A stretch of 64,000 nucleotides of DNA, taken from positions 928,001-992,000 of the forward strand of contig CAWDML010000003.1 in the NCBI GenBank assembly GCA_963803435.1, read 5' to 3'. Below are positions 42,133 to 51,189 of this stretch, piece after piece. Within the stretch, counting starts at the first letter, position 1, and the number at the start of each line of letters is the position of its first letter. The notes below the pieces were generated by a model, which saw nothing but the letters and a program-made list of their open reading frames with translations, was not told the DNA's origin and searched no databases. Origin of the DNA: an uncultured delta proteobacterium (GTDB lineage: Bacteria > Myxococcota > Kuafuiibacteriia > Kuafuiibacteriales > Kuafuiibacteriaceae). Made by a program: the position numbers and the translations under genes.

Positions 42133-43277
42133 TCCCTCTCCTTGCCCTGGCGGTCCTCGCCGCGCAGACCGGTGAGGCTCAGCTCTACCGGCTCCGCGGG
42201 GACGCGCTGGTCCTCTCCCGGGCGCCCAGCGGGATCATCGCCCTCGGCGGCGATGGCCGGGCCGCCAGCTGGGCCTCCGCCGAAGCGGTCATCTGGGCCG
42301 GTCTCGGCGAAGAGGACGAAGTCGACGCGCTGATCGCCGCCATCGATCTCCACCACCCCGATGGCTGGGCGGATCTCTCCGTCGGCCGGCTCATCGCGGC
42401 GGGCGGCGCGCTGCGGCCGGTCCACCTCGACGGCGCCAAGACGGTCCTGCGCGCGCCCTGGGGGACCTCCGTCGAGGCGTTCGGAGGCGTCCCCGTGGGC
42501 CTTCGCTTCACCGGCCGCGGGGGCGACTGGCTGGCCGGCGGACGGATCGCAGAGTCCGTGAGCGGTTGGGGGACCGTCGGCTTCTCCATCCTGAACGAGA
42601 CCGATCAGGGCGACCTGGCGCACCGGGAGATGGGCGTCGATCTCGCGGTCTACCCGGTGGACTGGTTCGACTTCTCGCTGCGCGGCACGTACGACCTGAT
42701 CGATCAGGGCCTCAGCGAGGTGCTCTTCAACGGAGGCGCCCGCTACGACCTCTTCCGTGTCGACGTCTTCGCGACCTATCGCACGCCTTCCCGTATCCTC
42801 CCGGCGACCTCGGTCTTCTCCGTCCTCGGCGACGTCCCCGCGACGCGCGCCGGGGCTGAGGTGAGCGTCCGCGCCGCGCCCCGCCTCGATCTCTCGCTGA
42901 CCGGCGGCTTTCGCGAGATCGATGGCTTCGGCGAGGAGCTCGCGGCCCGCGGGACGCTGCGGCTCGACGATCGGGGGCGCGGCGCGCTCTCTCTCGAGCT
43001 CCGCCGCGACGGCACCCCGGACGCCGGCTGGTCCGGGATCCGCGCGCTCGCCCGCGTGCCGGTGCTCGACACTTTGACGGCGTCCACCGAGCTCGAGCTG
43101 GTGATCCCGGATCACAGCGACCGGGGCGGTGTGTGGCCGTGGGGGTTGATCGCGCTGGCGTGGTCTCCGTTCGATCACTGGGAGCTGGCGGGCGCGTTCG
43201 AGGCGAGCGTGACGCCCGAGCTGTCGCGAGCGTTCGACGGGATCTTCACGCTGTCCTATCGATGGGGTGAGCCATGA
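42129..43277 (+). CDS. Putative outer-membrane beta-barrel (porin of a porin-cytochrome complex)
   Basis: Signal peptide, alternating amphipathic beta strands, C-terminal IFTLSYRW, no Cys; lies between cytochrome genes. Confidence 0.72.
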   Translation: MIPLLALAVLAAQTGEAQLYRLRGDALVLSRAPSGIIALGGDGRAASWASAEAVIWAGLGEEDEVDALIAAIDLHHPDGWADLSVGRLIAAGGALRPVHLDGAKTVLRAPWGTSVEAFGGVPVGLRFTGRGGDWLAGGRIAESVSGWGTVGFSILNETDQGDLAHREMGVDLAVYPVDWFDFSLRGTYDLIDQGLSEVLFNGGARYDLFRVDVFATYRTPSRILPATSVFSVLGDVPATRAGAEVSVRAAPRLDLSLTGGFREIDGFGEELAARGTLRLDDRGRGALSLELRRDGTPDAGWSGIRALARVPVLDTLTASTELELVIPDHSDRGGVWPWGLIALAWSPFDHWELAGAFEASVTPELSRAFDGIFTLSYRWGEP

Positions 43278-44311
43278 ACCGCGCCCTCCTCGTGCTGTCG
43301 ATGATCGGCCTGGGCGCCTGCGCCAGCGTGCTCGGCTTCCGCTCCAGCGACGAGCACCCGTTCGAGCATCGCGCCCACACCACCAAGGGCATCGGCTGCA
43401 AGCGCTGCCACGCCGGGATCGAAGGGGAGGGCGACGACACTCCCGTGGTGCTCCCGGACACCGCGCTCTGCCTCGAGTGTCACGCGCAGCCGCACGATCA
43501 GCGCCGCTGCCGCACCTGCCACGGCCAGAGCGACACCGATCGCCGCACCGAGCAGGCGCGCCACTACCTGCGCTTCGATCACCGGCTCCACACGAAGGAG
43601 CGCGAGCTCGAGGGCAAGTGCGTCCGCTGCCACAACGCAGTGCGGACCGACGGCCCCGACGTCCTGCCGCGGATGGCCGACTGCCTCGGCTGCCACGAGC
43701 ACTCGGACGAGTTCGAGCTGCGCGCCTGCGGTCGCTGCCACGAGAACCTGGAGACCGAGGAGACCCGACCCCAGAGCCACGTCGTGCACGGCCCCGATTT
43801 CACCCGGACCCACGGCGCCAAGGCCTCCGCCCAGGCGGACCTCTGCGCCACCTGCCACCGCGAATCGGACTGCGCCTCATGTCACGGCGCCAAGGTGCCT
43901 GCGCTCGCGCATCGCCTGGAGCTCGCCGATCCCCGGCTCGACGGCATCCACCGCGCGAACTTCGTCGCCCGGCACGCGCTGGAGGCGAAGGCCGATCCGG
44001 GGCTTTGCACCACCTGCCACGCCACCGACACCTGCCAGCGGTGCCACGAGGAGCGGGGCGTCGCCAGCGGCGCGGCCACGGGCAGCCCGCACCCATCCGG
44101 CTGGGTGGGGCTGAGAAACAACCTTCATGGCGTCGCGGCCCGTCGCGATCCGGTCTCCTGCGCCAGCTGCCATGGCGGCGCCGGCGAGATGCTCTGCGTC
44201 TCCTGCCACAAGGTCGGCGGCATCGGCGGCAACCCGCATCCGGCGGGCTGGTCCAGCAACAAGGGCAAGAGCACCGAGCTGCCGTGCCGGCTCTGCCACG
44301 CGGGGTTGTGA
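43274..44311 (+). CDS. 13-heme cytochrome c3-like lipoprotein
   Basis: Lipobox LGAC; 13 CXXCH; PFEH..H and FDH..H c3-type motifs. Confidence 0.9.
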   Translation: MNRALLVLSMIGLGACASVLGFRSSDEHPFEHRAHTTKGIGCKRCHAGIEGEGDDTPVVLPDTALCLECHAQPHDQRRCRTCHGQSDTDRRTEQARHYLRFDHRLHTKERELEGKCVRCHNAVRTDGPDVLPRMADCLGCHEHSDEFELRACGRCHENLETEETRPQSHVVHGPDFTRTHGAKASAQADLCATCHRESDCASCHGAKVPALAHRLELADPRLDGIHRANFVARHALEAKADPGLCTTCHATDTCQRCHEERGVASGAATGSPHPSGWVGLRNNLHGVAARRDPVSCASCHGGAGEMLCVSCHKVGGIGGNPHPAGWSSNKGKSTELPCRLCHAGL

Positions 44312-44318
44312 GGTCGTG

Positions 44319-45764
44319 ATGCGGCGCTGGGGAGCTCTCGTGATCGTTCTGCTCGTCGGATGCAGCGGCGAGGAAGGTCAGGACCCGACGATCATCGTTC
44401 CGTCGACCTGGAAAGAGGTCCGGCGTGGGACCGGCCATGTCGCCCACCTGCGCGAAGACGTGAAGTGCAAGGACTGCCACGCCGTCGAGGGCTCGGGCTT
44501 CCACAAGCCCAGCCTGATCGTATGCGCGAGCTGCCACGAAACGGTGCTCGATCGGACGCACAGGTCCGAGAAGGGGCCGAACGGCGACTGCTACGCCTGC
44601 CACGACTTCCGCGAGAAGACCGAGGTCGGCAAGGGCAACTGCATGCGCTGCCACGAGAAGGAGCGAACGCCGCAGATCCACGCCAAGGAGGACTGCCTCG
44701 CCTGCCACTCACCCCACAAGGATCCTCCGATCGTGATCGCGAGCTGCACCCGATGCCATGAGGAGCAGAAGGCCTTCATCCACACGGGCATGAAGGGCGT
44801 GGACGGATGCCGGGCCTGCCACCAGGGGCACGCGAAGAAGGAGGCAGCGCTCAAGACCTGCCTCGGCTGTCACGAGGACAAGGAGGGCGCGCACAATCAG
44901 GGCCACCGGGAGTGCACGACCTGTCACACGCCCCACCGGCCGATGCCGACCTGCCAGTCGTGCCACCAGAACGTCCGCAAGGACCGCCACGAGAAGTGCA
45001 GCGGCTGCCACCAGCCCCACTCCATTCAAACGAAGGCCGCCGAGTCCTGCGGCAACTGCCACGCCGACGTCCTGGTGGACCATGGCGCGGGCGAAGCAAG
45101 CTGCACGACCTGTCACGTGCCACACCAGCCGATCCAGCGCTGCAGCCGCTGCCACACCATCAGCCCGACCGACACCGCGCTCCACGCCGGCAACATCCGC
45201 TGCGTGCAGTGCCACCAGCCTCATCAGCTCGTCCTCGATCGGGTGCAAGGCGAGTCGTGCGGACAGGCCTGCCACCCCCAGCAGAACGCGGCGGTGATCG
45301 AGCCCCACCAGGGCTGTACGAACTGCCACCTGACGGCGCCCCACTTCCCCAAGCGTCCCCCGGGATCCTGCGGGCGCTGCCACGCCGAGGAGCAGAGGTC
45401 GGCCCCCCACGGACACGACCAGTGCGTCCGTTGCCACGAGCCCCACTCGGGCCGGATCCAGGCGGGCAAGACCTGCCAGAGCTGCCACCAGAAGCCGGAC
45501 AACATCCACACGCCCGCGGGCGATTGCGAGACCTGCCACGCCCCCCACGGACCCGAGCGCAAGGTCTCGCCGCCGAGCTGCGTCTCCTGCCACTCGTCCC
45601 TACCCGAGCTCCACCGAGATCCGGGACATGCCCACTGCGTCGGCTGTCACCAGCCCCACGAGAAGGAACCGCGCCGCGACCGCGACCTCTGCGACCGCTG
45701 CCATACGCTCCCAGACCACGAACCCAAGGTCTCCACCTGCGTCGGCTGTCACCCGTTCCGGTGA
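44319..45764 (+). CDS. Approximately 25-heme cytochrome c lipoprotein
   Basis: Lipobox LVGC; 24 CXXCH plus one CX3CH (CGQACH) in 481 aa; repeated CxxCHxPH. Confidence 0.9.
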   Translation: MRRWGALVIVLLVGCSGEEGQDPTIIVPSTWKEVRRGTGHVAHLREDVKCKDCHAVEGSGFHKPSLIVCASCHETVLDRTHRSEKGPNGDCYACHDFREKTEVGKGNCMRCHEKERTPQIHAKEDCLACHSPHKDPPIVIASCTRCHEEQKAFIHTGMKGVDGCRACHQGHAKKEAALKTCLGCHEDKEGAHNQGHRECTTCHTPHRPMPTCQSCHQNVRKDRHEKCSGCHQPHSIQTKAAESCGNCHADVLVDHGAGEASCTTCHVPHQPIQRCSRCHTISPTDTALHAGNIRCVQCHQPHQLVLDRVQGESCGQACHPQQNAAVIEPHQGCTNCHLTAPHFPKRPPGSCGRCHAEEQRSAPHGHDQCVRCHEPHSGRIQAGKTCQSCHQKPDNIHTPAGDCETCHAPHGPERKVSPPSCVSCHSSLPELHRDPGHAHCVGCHQPHEKEPRRDRDLCDRCHTLPDHEPKVSTCVGCHPFR

Positions 45765-45836
45765 GTACAGCCCCCAGCGAACGGCTCCACCAAAAGTCGC
45801 CACATTCCGGCACGAAACTTGGTTTGCCCAGGCCAC

Positions 45837-46172
45837 ATGACGTACGTGGTCGCTGAGCCCTGTATCAAATGCAAGTACACCGAGTGCGTCGCCACGTGCC
45901 CGGTGGATTGCTTCCACGAAGGGGCCAACATGCTGGTGATCGACCCGGAAGAATGTATCGATTGCGGTGCGTGTGAACCTGAATGCCCCGTCACCGCCAT
46001 CTTCACCCTGGACGACCTCCCCGAGAAGTGGTCCGCCTACGCCGAGATCAACGTCCGCTTCACCGCCAAGTGGCCGGTGATCAACGAGAAGCGCGACCCC
46101 CTCCCCACCGCTGAGGAGTTCAAGGAGGTGGAAGAGAAGCGCCACCTCTTCGCCGAAGCCGCCGGGCCGTAG
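45837..46172 (+). CDS. fdxA: Ferredoxin (FdxA, 7Fe/8Fe type)
   Basis: [29 protein letters not shown] and [18 protein letters not shown]. Confidence 0.95.
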   Translation: MTYVVAEPCIKCKYTECVATCPVDCFHEGANMLVIDPEECIDCGACEPECPVTAIFTLDDLPEKWSAYAEINVRFTAKWPVINEKRDPLPTAEEFKEVEEKRHLFAEAAGP

Positions 46173-46227
46173 CATCGCGCAAGCTGTCTTGCAAAGGCCT
46201 CGCGGCCGCCTTGTCCGCCGGAGCGCC

Positions 46228-46339
46228 CGTCTTCAGAGCGGCGGATTCCATACTCACTTCGTCGGGTGGATTAGCGAACGCGCGCCACCACCCGACGAAG
46301 TGCGCACGTCCCCCGCCGCTCACCTTCGCTCTGAAGACG
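46228..46339. repeat. Nested long inverted repeat (REP/MITE-like or bidirectional terminator) between convergent fdxA and kbl
   Basis: 13-bp perfect arms 46228-46240/46327-46339 enclosing 15-bp perfect arms 46255-46269/46288-46302. Confidence 0.8.
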
Positions 46340-46349
46340 CGGGCCGCCG

Positions 46350-47546
46350 TCACGCCCTGCGCAGGACGCCTCGTGCTCGACCGACCTTCTCGAAGGCGGC
46401 GATCGCCCGGTCGAGCTGCCCGCGCTCGTGCGCGGCGGAGATCTGGACGCGGATCCGGGCCTTGCCCTGCGGGACGACGGGATAGGAGAAGCCGATGACG
46501 TAGATGCCTTCGGTGAGGAGGTCGTCGGCCATCTCGGTGGCGGCGCGGGCGTCGCCGATCATCACGGGGCAGATGGGGTGGGTTCCGGGGAGGATGTCGA
46601 AGCCGCGCGTGGTCATCTGGTCGCGGAAGTACTTGGTGTTGTCTTCGAGCTGGTCGCGGCGGGAGGTGGAGCGGGTGAGCATCTCCAGGACGGTCAGGGA
46701 GGCGCCGCAGATCGCGGGGGCGACGGTGTTGGAGAAGAGGTAGGGGCGGGAGCGCTGGCGGAGCAGATCGATGATCTCCCGGCGACCGGTGGTGAAGCCG
46801 CCGGAGGCGCCGCCGAGCGCTTTCCCGAGGGTGGAGGTGATGACGTCGATGCGGCCCATGACGCCGGAGAGCTCGGGGGTGCCGCGGCCCGTCTTTCCGA
46901 CGAAACCGGTGGCATGGCTGTCGTCGACCATGACGAGGGCGTCGTAGCGGTCGGCGAGGTCGCAGATGCGATCGAGCTTCGCGTAGTAGCCGTCCATGGA
47001 GAAGACGCCGTCGGTGGCGATCATCCGGATGCGCTTCGAGGCAGTGGCTCGAAGGTGGGCCTCGAGCTCGTCCATGTCGCCGTTGGCGTAGCGGAGGCGC
47101 TCGGCCTTGCAGAGGCGGACACCGTCGATGATGGAGGCGTGGTTGAGCGCGTCGGAGATGATCGCATCGTCTTCGCCGAGGAGGGTCTCGAAGAGACCTC
47201 CGTTCGCGTCGAAGCAGCTCGAGTAGAGGATGCTGTCGTCGGTGCCGAGGAACTCGGAGATCGCCCGCTCGAGCTGCTTGTGGATCGACTGCGTGCCGCA
47301 GATGAAGCGCACCGAGGAGAGGCCGTAGCCGTAGTCGTCGAGGGTCTTCTTGGCGGCCGCCAGCACCTCGGGATGATTGGCGAGGCCGAGATAGTTGTTC
47401 GCGCAGAAGTTGAGCACCTCACCGCCGGGCTTCGCCTCGATGCGGGCGCCCTGCGGCGAATCGATGATCCGCTCCCGCTTGGTGAGGCCCGCCGCTTCGA
47501 TCTCGGCGAGGAGCTTCTGGTAGACCGGTTTCGCGCTCTGGAACAT
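46350..47546 (-). CDS. kbl: Glycine C-acetyltransferase (2-amino-3-ketobutyrate CoA ligase)
   Basis: [52 protein letters not shown] and RSRPYLFSN motifs. Confidence 0.96.
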   Translation of the reverse strand: MFQSAKPVYQKLLAEIEAAGLTKRERIIDSPQGARIEAKPGGEVLNFCANNYLGLANHPEVLAAAKKTLDDYGYGLSSVRFICGTQSIHKQLERAISEFLGTDDSILYSSCFDANGGLFETLLGEDDAIISDALNHASIIDGVRLCKAERLRYANGDMDELEAHLRATASKRIRMIATDGVFSMDGYYAKLDRICDLADRYDALVMVDDSHATGFVGKTGRGTPELSGVMGRIDVITSTLGKALGGASGGFTTGRREIIDLLRQRSRPYLFSNTVAPAICGASLTVLEMLTRSTSRRDQLEDNTKYFRDQMTTRGFDILPGTHPICPVMIGDARAATEMADDLLTEGIYVIGFSYPVVPQGKARIRVQISAAHERGQLDRAIAAFEKVGRARGVLRRA

Positions 47547-47578
47547 GGCCGGGAGGAGAGGATCCCGGGTCGGTCGGG

Positions 47579-48340
47579 TCAAGACCTCGGGAGCGCGATT
47601 GTAGCCGTGCCGGCGCACTCGGGTGTGGCGTCCTCGGCGTCCGGCGGTGCGTACAAGGGATCGAAGTCGGGGCGGGCGATGCCCAGCCGGAGCACGAAGC
47701 TGCTGCTGTTGGCCCGGGTGCGCGGCCGGATCAGCCGGGGTGGGCAGGACGTCTCGACCACCACGATGCCCCGGCGCTCGGTCTCGATCTCGATCCGATC
47801 CACCGGCCGCGGCTCGACGGACGGCTTCGACCACGCGGTGATCCGCTCCGAGAAGCTGGGCTTTCCTTTCACCATCCCGCGGACCGTGGTCTCTCCCGCG
47901 GGGAGCACCAGATCGGCGTGGCCATCGAGGACGATCCGCGACCAGTCGTGGGGCGCCACCCCCAGCGACGACACCTTCGCCGAGAAGGCGCCTCCAAAGT
48001 CGACGGCGAGCGTGGCTCCGCCAGCCTCGACGCGGACCAGGTACGCCCCGTCCGTTCGGTCCGGCACGATCATCGGCGCGAACTCGCCGTTGAGGAGCGT
48101 GAGGGCAGGGCCGGCCGCCGTCCCGATCGAGAGCCCCGGCAAGCGATCCTCCGACTTCGAGGTGGTCACGAACACGAACAGGTCGCCAGGCCCGCGGAAC
48201 ATCGGTGCGTCGCCGGTTCGCTCCGCGTGCCACGGCGAGCCGGGCGCGATCGCGATCGATGCGCTCGGCCCCGGCGTCTCCTCCGTCCGCCGGCAACCGA
48301 ACGCCGAGGCGACTGCGGCCAGCAGCACGAGGCGCTTCAC
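47579..48340 (-). CDS. Hypothetical lipoprotein
   Basis: Signal peptide ending in lipobox AFGC. Confidence 0.65.
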   Translation of the reverse strand: MKRLVLLAAVASAFGCRRTEETPGPSASIAIAPGSPWHAERTGDAPMFRGPGDLFVFVTTSKSEDRLPGLSIGTAAGPALTLLNGEFAPMIVPDRTDGAYLVRVEAGGATLAVDFGGAFSAKVSSLGVAPHDWSRIVLDGHADLVLPAGETTVRGMVKGKPSFSERITAWSKPSVEPRPVDRIEIETERRGIVVVETSCPPRLIRPRTRANSSSFVLRLGIARPDFDPLYAPPDAEDATPECAGTATIALPRS

Positions 48341-48807
48341 AGCTTCCTCAGCGGCGGAAACTTGATCCGGAAGCCGTCTTGCGCCCAGCGCGGGAGCGCC
48401 TTCCAGTTCGCCTCCAGCCAGTTGGTGTCCTCGAGCCCCGGCGTGATCTCCCCCGAGGGGAACTCGATCGTGTACGTGAGCGGCACCGCCACCACGTCAC
48501 CCTTGCGGCCGATGTACTTCAGGATCTCGACGGTGCGGCGCCCCGACTCCCGATCCTCGGCGATCTCGAAGCCGTAGATGTACTCCGACAGGTGCACGCT
48601 CAACACGGCGATGACCTCGCGGAACCAGGAGAGCCGCGTCGTCGTGTCCGTCTCGAACTTGAGCTCGCCCTCGCGGATCTGCGCGTTCACCACCTCCTCG
48701 CCGAGCGCGTCGAAGAGCGCGAACTCCTCGTCCTCGAGCGCGTCGATGAGGTGTCCCTGGTCCGACCCGTCGACCTCGTGCGAGAGCTGGTAGTGGTAGT
48801 TCGTCAC
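48337..48807 (-). CDS. Hypothetical protein
   Basis: Acidic ORF ([14 protein letters not shown]...) packed between co-oriented genes. Confidence 0.65.
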   Translation of the reverse strand: MTNYHYQLSHEVDGSDQGHLIDALEDEEFALFDALGEEVVNAQIREGELKFETDTTTRLSWFREVIAVLSVHLSEYIYGFEIAEDRESGRRTVEILKYIGRKGDVVAVPLTYTIEFPSGEITPGLEDTNWLEANWKALPRWAQDGFRIKFPPLRKL

Positions 48808-48821
48808 CGGGCTCCAGCCTA

Positions 48822-49484
48822 TCACTTCAGCTCGTCGACGATCAGTCGCTCCGAGATGCGCTCCCGCGCGGCGACGGTCCGCCAGGACAGTCCGTGCTGC
48901 TCGTAGATCCGGCGCATCAGAGACAGCGCACCGTTGGTGGACCCTGCGATCAGCGCGCGACCGTTCGCCGAGAGGTATCGCCGGCACTCGCTGCAGAACC
49001 GGTCCAGCGTGGGCAACCCGGGGCCGTCGAACAGCGCCATCTCCAGCGCGCCGCCTTGGGGCCTCCCGAAAAAGGGCGGGTTGAACGCGATCAGATCGAA
49101 CACCACGCCGTCCGGGATGCGCTCGAAGAGATCGCTCTCCGTCGCGTGGATGGCCGCGCCGTTGAGCATCGCGTTGATGCGGGTGGCGCGCACCGCGACC
49201 GGGTTCTTGTCGACCGCCCACACCTCCGCGCCCGCGCGCGCCGCCGCCAGGCCCACAATCCCGCTCCCCGAACCCAGATCGAGGACCCGCTCCCCGAGCT
49301 CGAGGGACCGGACGGTGACCTCGGCGAGCAGCGGACCGGTGCGGAACAGGCGCGGGCTCAGGACCGAGGGCGGGACGAACAGATCGAGCCCAAGCACGCG
49401 CTCGAAGGGACGTGCGCGCCGCGCTCGTACGCGGTACACGATCTCCTCGGCCCGTCCTGCGAGGCGTCGAGCGCGTCCGAACAT
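48822..49484 (-). CDS. SAM-dependent methyltransferase (HemK2/PrmC-like)
   Basis: VLDLGSGSG, SDLF and FDLIAFNPPF motifs. Confidence 0.87.
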   Translation of the reverse strand: MFGRARRLAGRAEEIVYRVRARRARPFERVLGLDLFVPPSVLSPRLFRTGPLLAEVTVRSLELGERVLDLGSGSGIVGLAAARAGAEVWAVDKNPVAVRATRINAMLNGAAIHATESDLFERIPDGVVFDLIAFNPPFFGRPQGGALEMALFDGPGLPTLDRFCSECRRYLSANGRALIAGSTNGALSLMRRIYEQHGLSWRTVAARERISERLIVDELK

Positions 49485-49490
49485 CCCGGC

Positions 49491-50753
49491 TCAGGTCGCG
49501 CTGTAGACCACGCGCGACACCCTGTTCACGTAGTCGACGATCAGCTGCAGGTCCTTGGTGTCGATCTTGCTGAACTTGACCCCGACGCCGGCGATCGTCT
49601 GGCCGGGACCCCCGTGGCCGATCCAGGCGACCTTTCCGACGGCGGTGACCACCCGGTCCGAGTTCGGGATCTGGAACGTCATGTCGATCAGCTCGCCGAT
49701 GCTCAGCGTCTCCTCGGTCGCCAGGAAGATGCCGCCGTGGGAGATGTCGAGCGTCTTCGAGGTATAGACCCGCTCGCCGTTTCGGATCGACATCTTGATG
49801 TTGCACGGGACCCGACGGTTGGCGCGCTGCGTGCGACCGACGGGCGAAGGGCTCGCCGACGGCGGCGGCGTCGTCCGGGGCGGTTCGCTCTCCTCGACGT
49901 CGATGTCCGGATCGGTGGGGTTCCGGACCAGCATCAGCGGCGCGATGTTGCGGTTGGAGCGCGGCCTCTGTGAGGCGCCCTTGCCGGCAAGCGCGCCGAG
50001 CCGCTCCACCATGATCGCCTCGTCGAACGGCGCCTGGATGAAGTCGTCGGCGCGGTGCGCGTTCTCCGAGATCTCCTCGTTTCCGAGCGCAGAGATCACG
50101 CCGTACAGGACAACCGGTACGGTCGAGTGCGCGGAGCTTCGCTTCAGCTCGACGCAGACGTCGACGCCCCGCATGTCCTCGAGGATCAGCGCGCTGACCA
50201 CGACATCGGGCTGGAAGCGCGGGGCGCGATCGAGGCCCTCACGCCCGCGATGGACGATCTCGACCAAATAGCCGGCGTTCGAGAGCGCCTCCCGGTAGCG
50301 CTCCGCCGTGTTGCCGTTGCCTTCGATCAGCAGGATGCGCCGCTTGCGCTCGAGGCTTCCGAGGGCGGCCCGGAGCATCTCGACGGTGACCGGCTTGTCG
50401 ATGAATCCGGTCACCTGATAGCTCTCCGAGGCGACCCTCCGCGAGTGCTGATCGCGTCCGCGCTCCGACAGCAGGAAGACCGGGATGTCCTTGGTGTCCT
50501 CGAGCTCGCGGAGTCGCGCCAGCAGATCGAGGGCATCCATGTCCTCGAGCGGTTGATCGATCACCACCAGATCGAACGAGCGGTTGCCTCTCGTGATCAG
50601 GAGCTGCGCCTCGAGGCCGGTGTGCGCGCGCGCGACGTCCCAGGGATCGCTGGCGCGGGTCGCGCCGGTGCCGAGCGCGCGCCCGAGCAGTGCTTCGGCC
50701 ACGAACCTCGTGAGCGCGCGATCGTCCGCGACCACGAGGAGGCGCTTCATCAT
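49491..50753 (-). CDS. Two receiver domains plus a C-terminal PilZ domain
   Basis: REC1 (DLVVID, IDKP); REC2 lacks the Asp (DVVVSA); PilZ motifs RANRR and DISHGG. Confidence 0.87.
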   Translation of the reverse strand: MMKRLLVVADDRALTRFVAEALLGRALGTGATRASDPWDVARAHTGLEAQLLITRGNRSFDLVVIDQPLEDMDALDLLARLRELEDTKDIPVFLLSERGRDQHSRRVASESYQVTGFIDKPVTVEMLRAALGSLERKRRILLIEGNGNTAERYREALSNAGYLVEIVHRGREGLDRAPRFQPDVVVSALILEDMRGVDVCVELKRSSAHSTVPVVLYGVISALGNEEISENAHRADDFIQAPFDEAIMVERLGALAGKGASQRPRSNRNIAPLMLVRNPTDPDIDVEESEPPRTTPPPSASPSPVGRTQRANRRVPCNIKMSIRNGERVYTSKTLDISHGGIFLATEETLSIGELIDMTFQIPNSDRVVTAVGKVAWIGHGGPGQTIAGVGVKFSKIDTKDLQLIVDYVNRVSRVVYSAT

Positions 50754-51082
50754 CCTTCCTCCCCACTCATCCGCTTCACCCACGCGAGGTACGGCTCGTG
50801 CCCGGCCACCACCGGCAGCGCGATCACCTCCGGCACGTCATAAGGATGAACCTCGACGACCCCTGCTCGTAAGGCCTCCAGGCGATCTCGATCGGTCTTG
50901 ATCACGAGCAGGCTCTCGACCGCCTCCTCGATCGCGCCCTCCCATCTGTACACTGAGCGCACACCGGGGATGAGGTTGACGCAGGCGGCCAAGCGGCGCT
51001 CCACCAGGGTGCGCGCGATTCGACCGCCGTCACGCTCGGGGCAGGTCACGTAAACCACCACGATCTGGGTCGATTCCGCCAC
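50750..51082 (-). CDS. cutA: Divalent-cation tolerance protein CutA
   Basis: LVERRLAACVN, SVYRWEG and HPYDVPEVI motifs. Confidence 0.93.
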   Translation of the reverse strand: MAESTQIVVVYVTCPERDGGRIARTLVERRLAACVNLIPGVRSVYRWEGAIEEAVESLLVIKTDRDRLEALRAGVVEVHPYDVPEVIALPVVAGHEPYLAWVKRMSGEEG

Positions 51083-51189
51083 GGCCTCGAAGAGAAGCAC
51101 GATTTCGATCCCCGGACCAGACGCCCGACTTGTCACATCGTGTGCGCTGATTTAGCACGCCTCTTTTCAACCACGGAGGTCGACCTACA

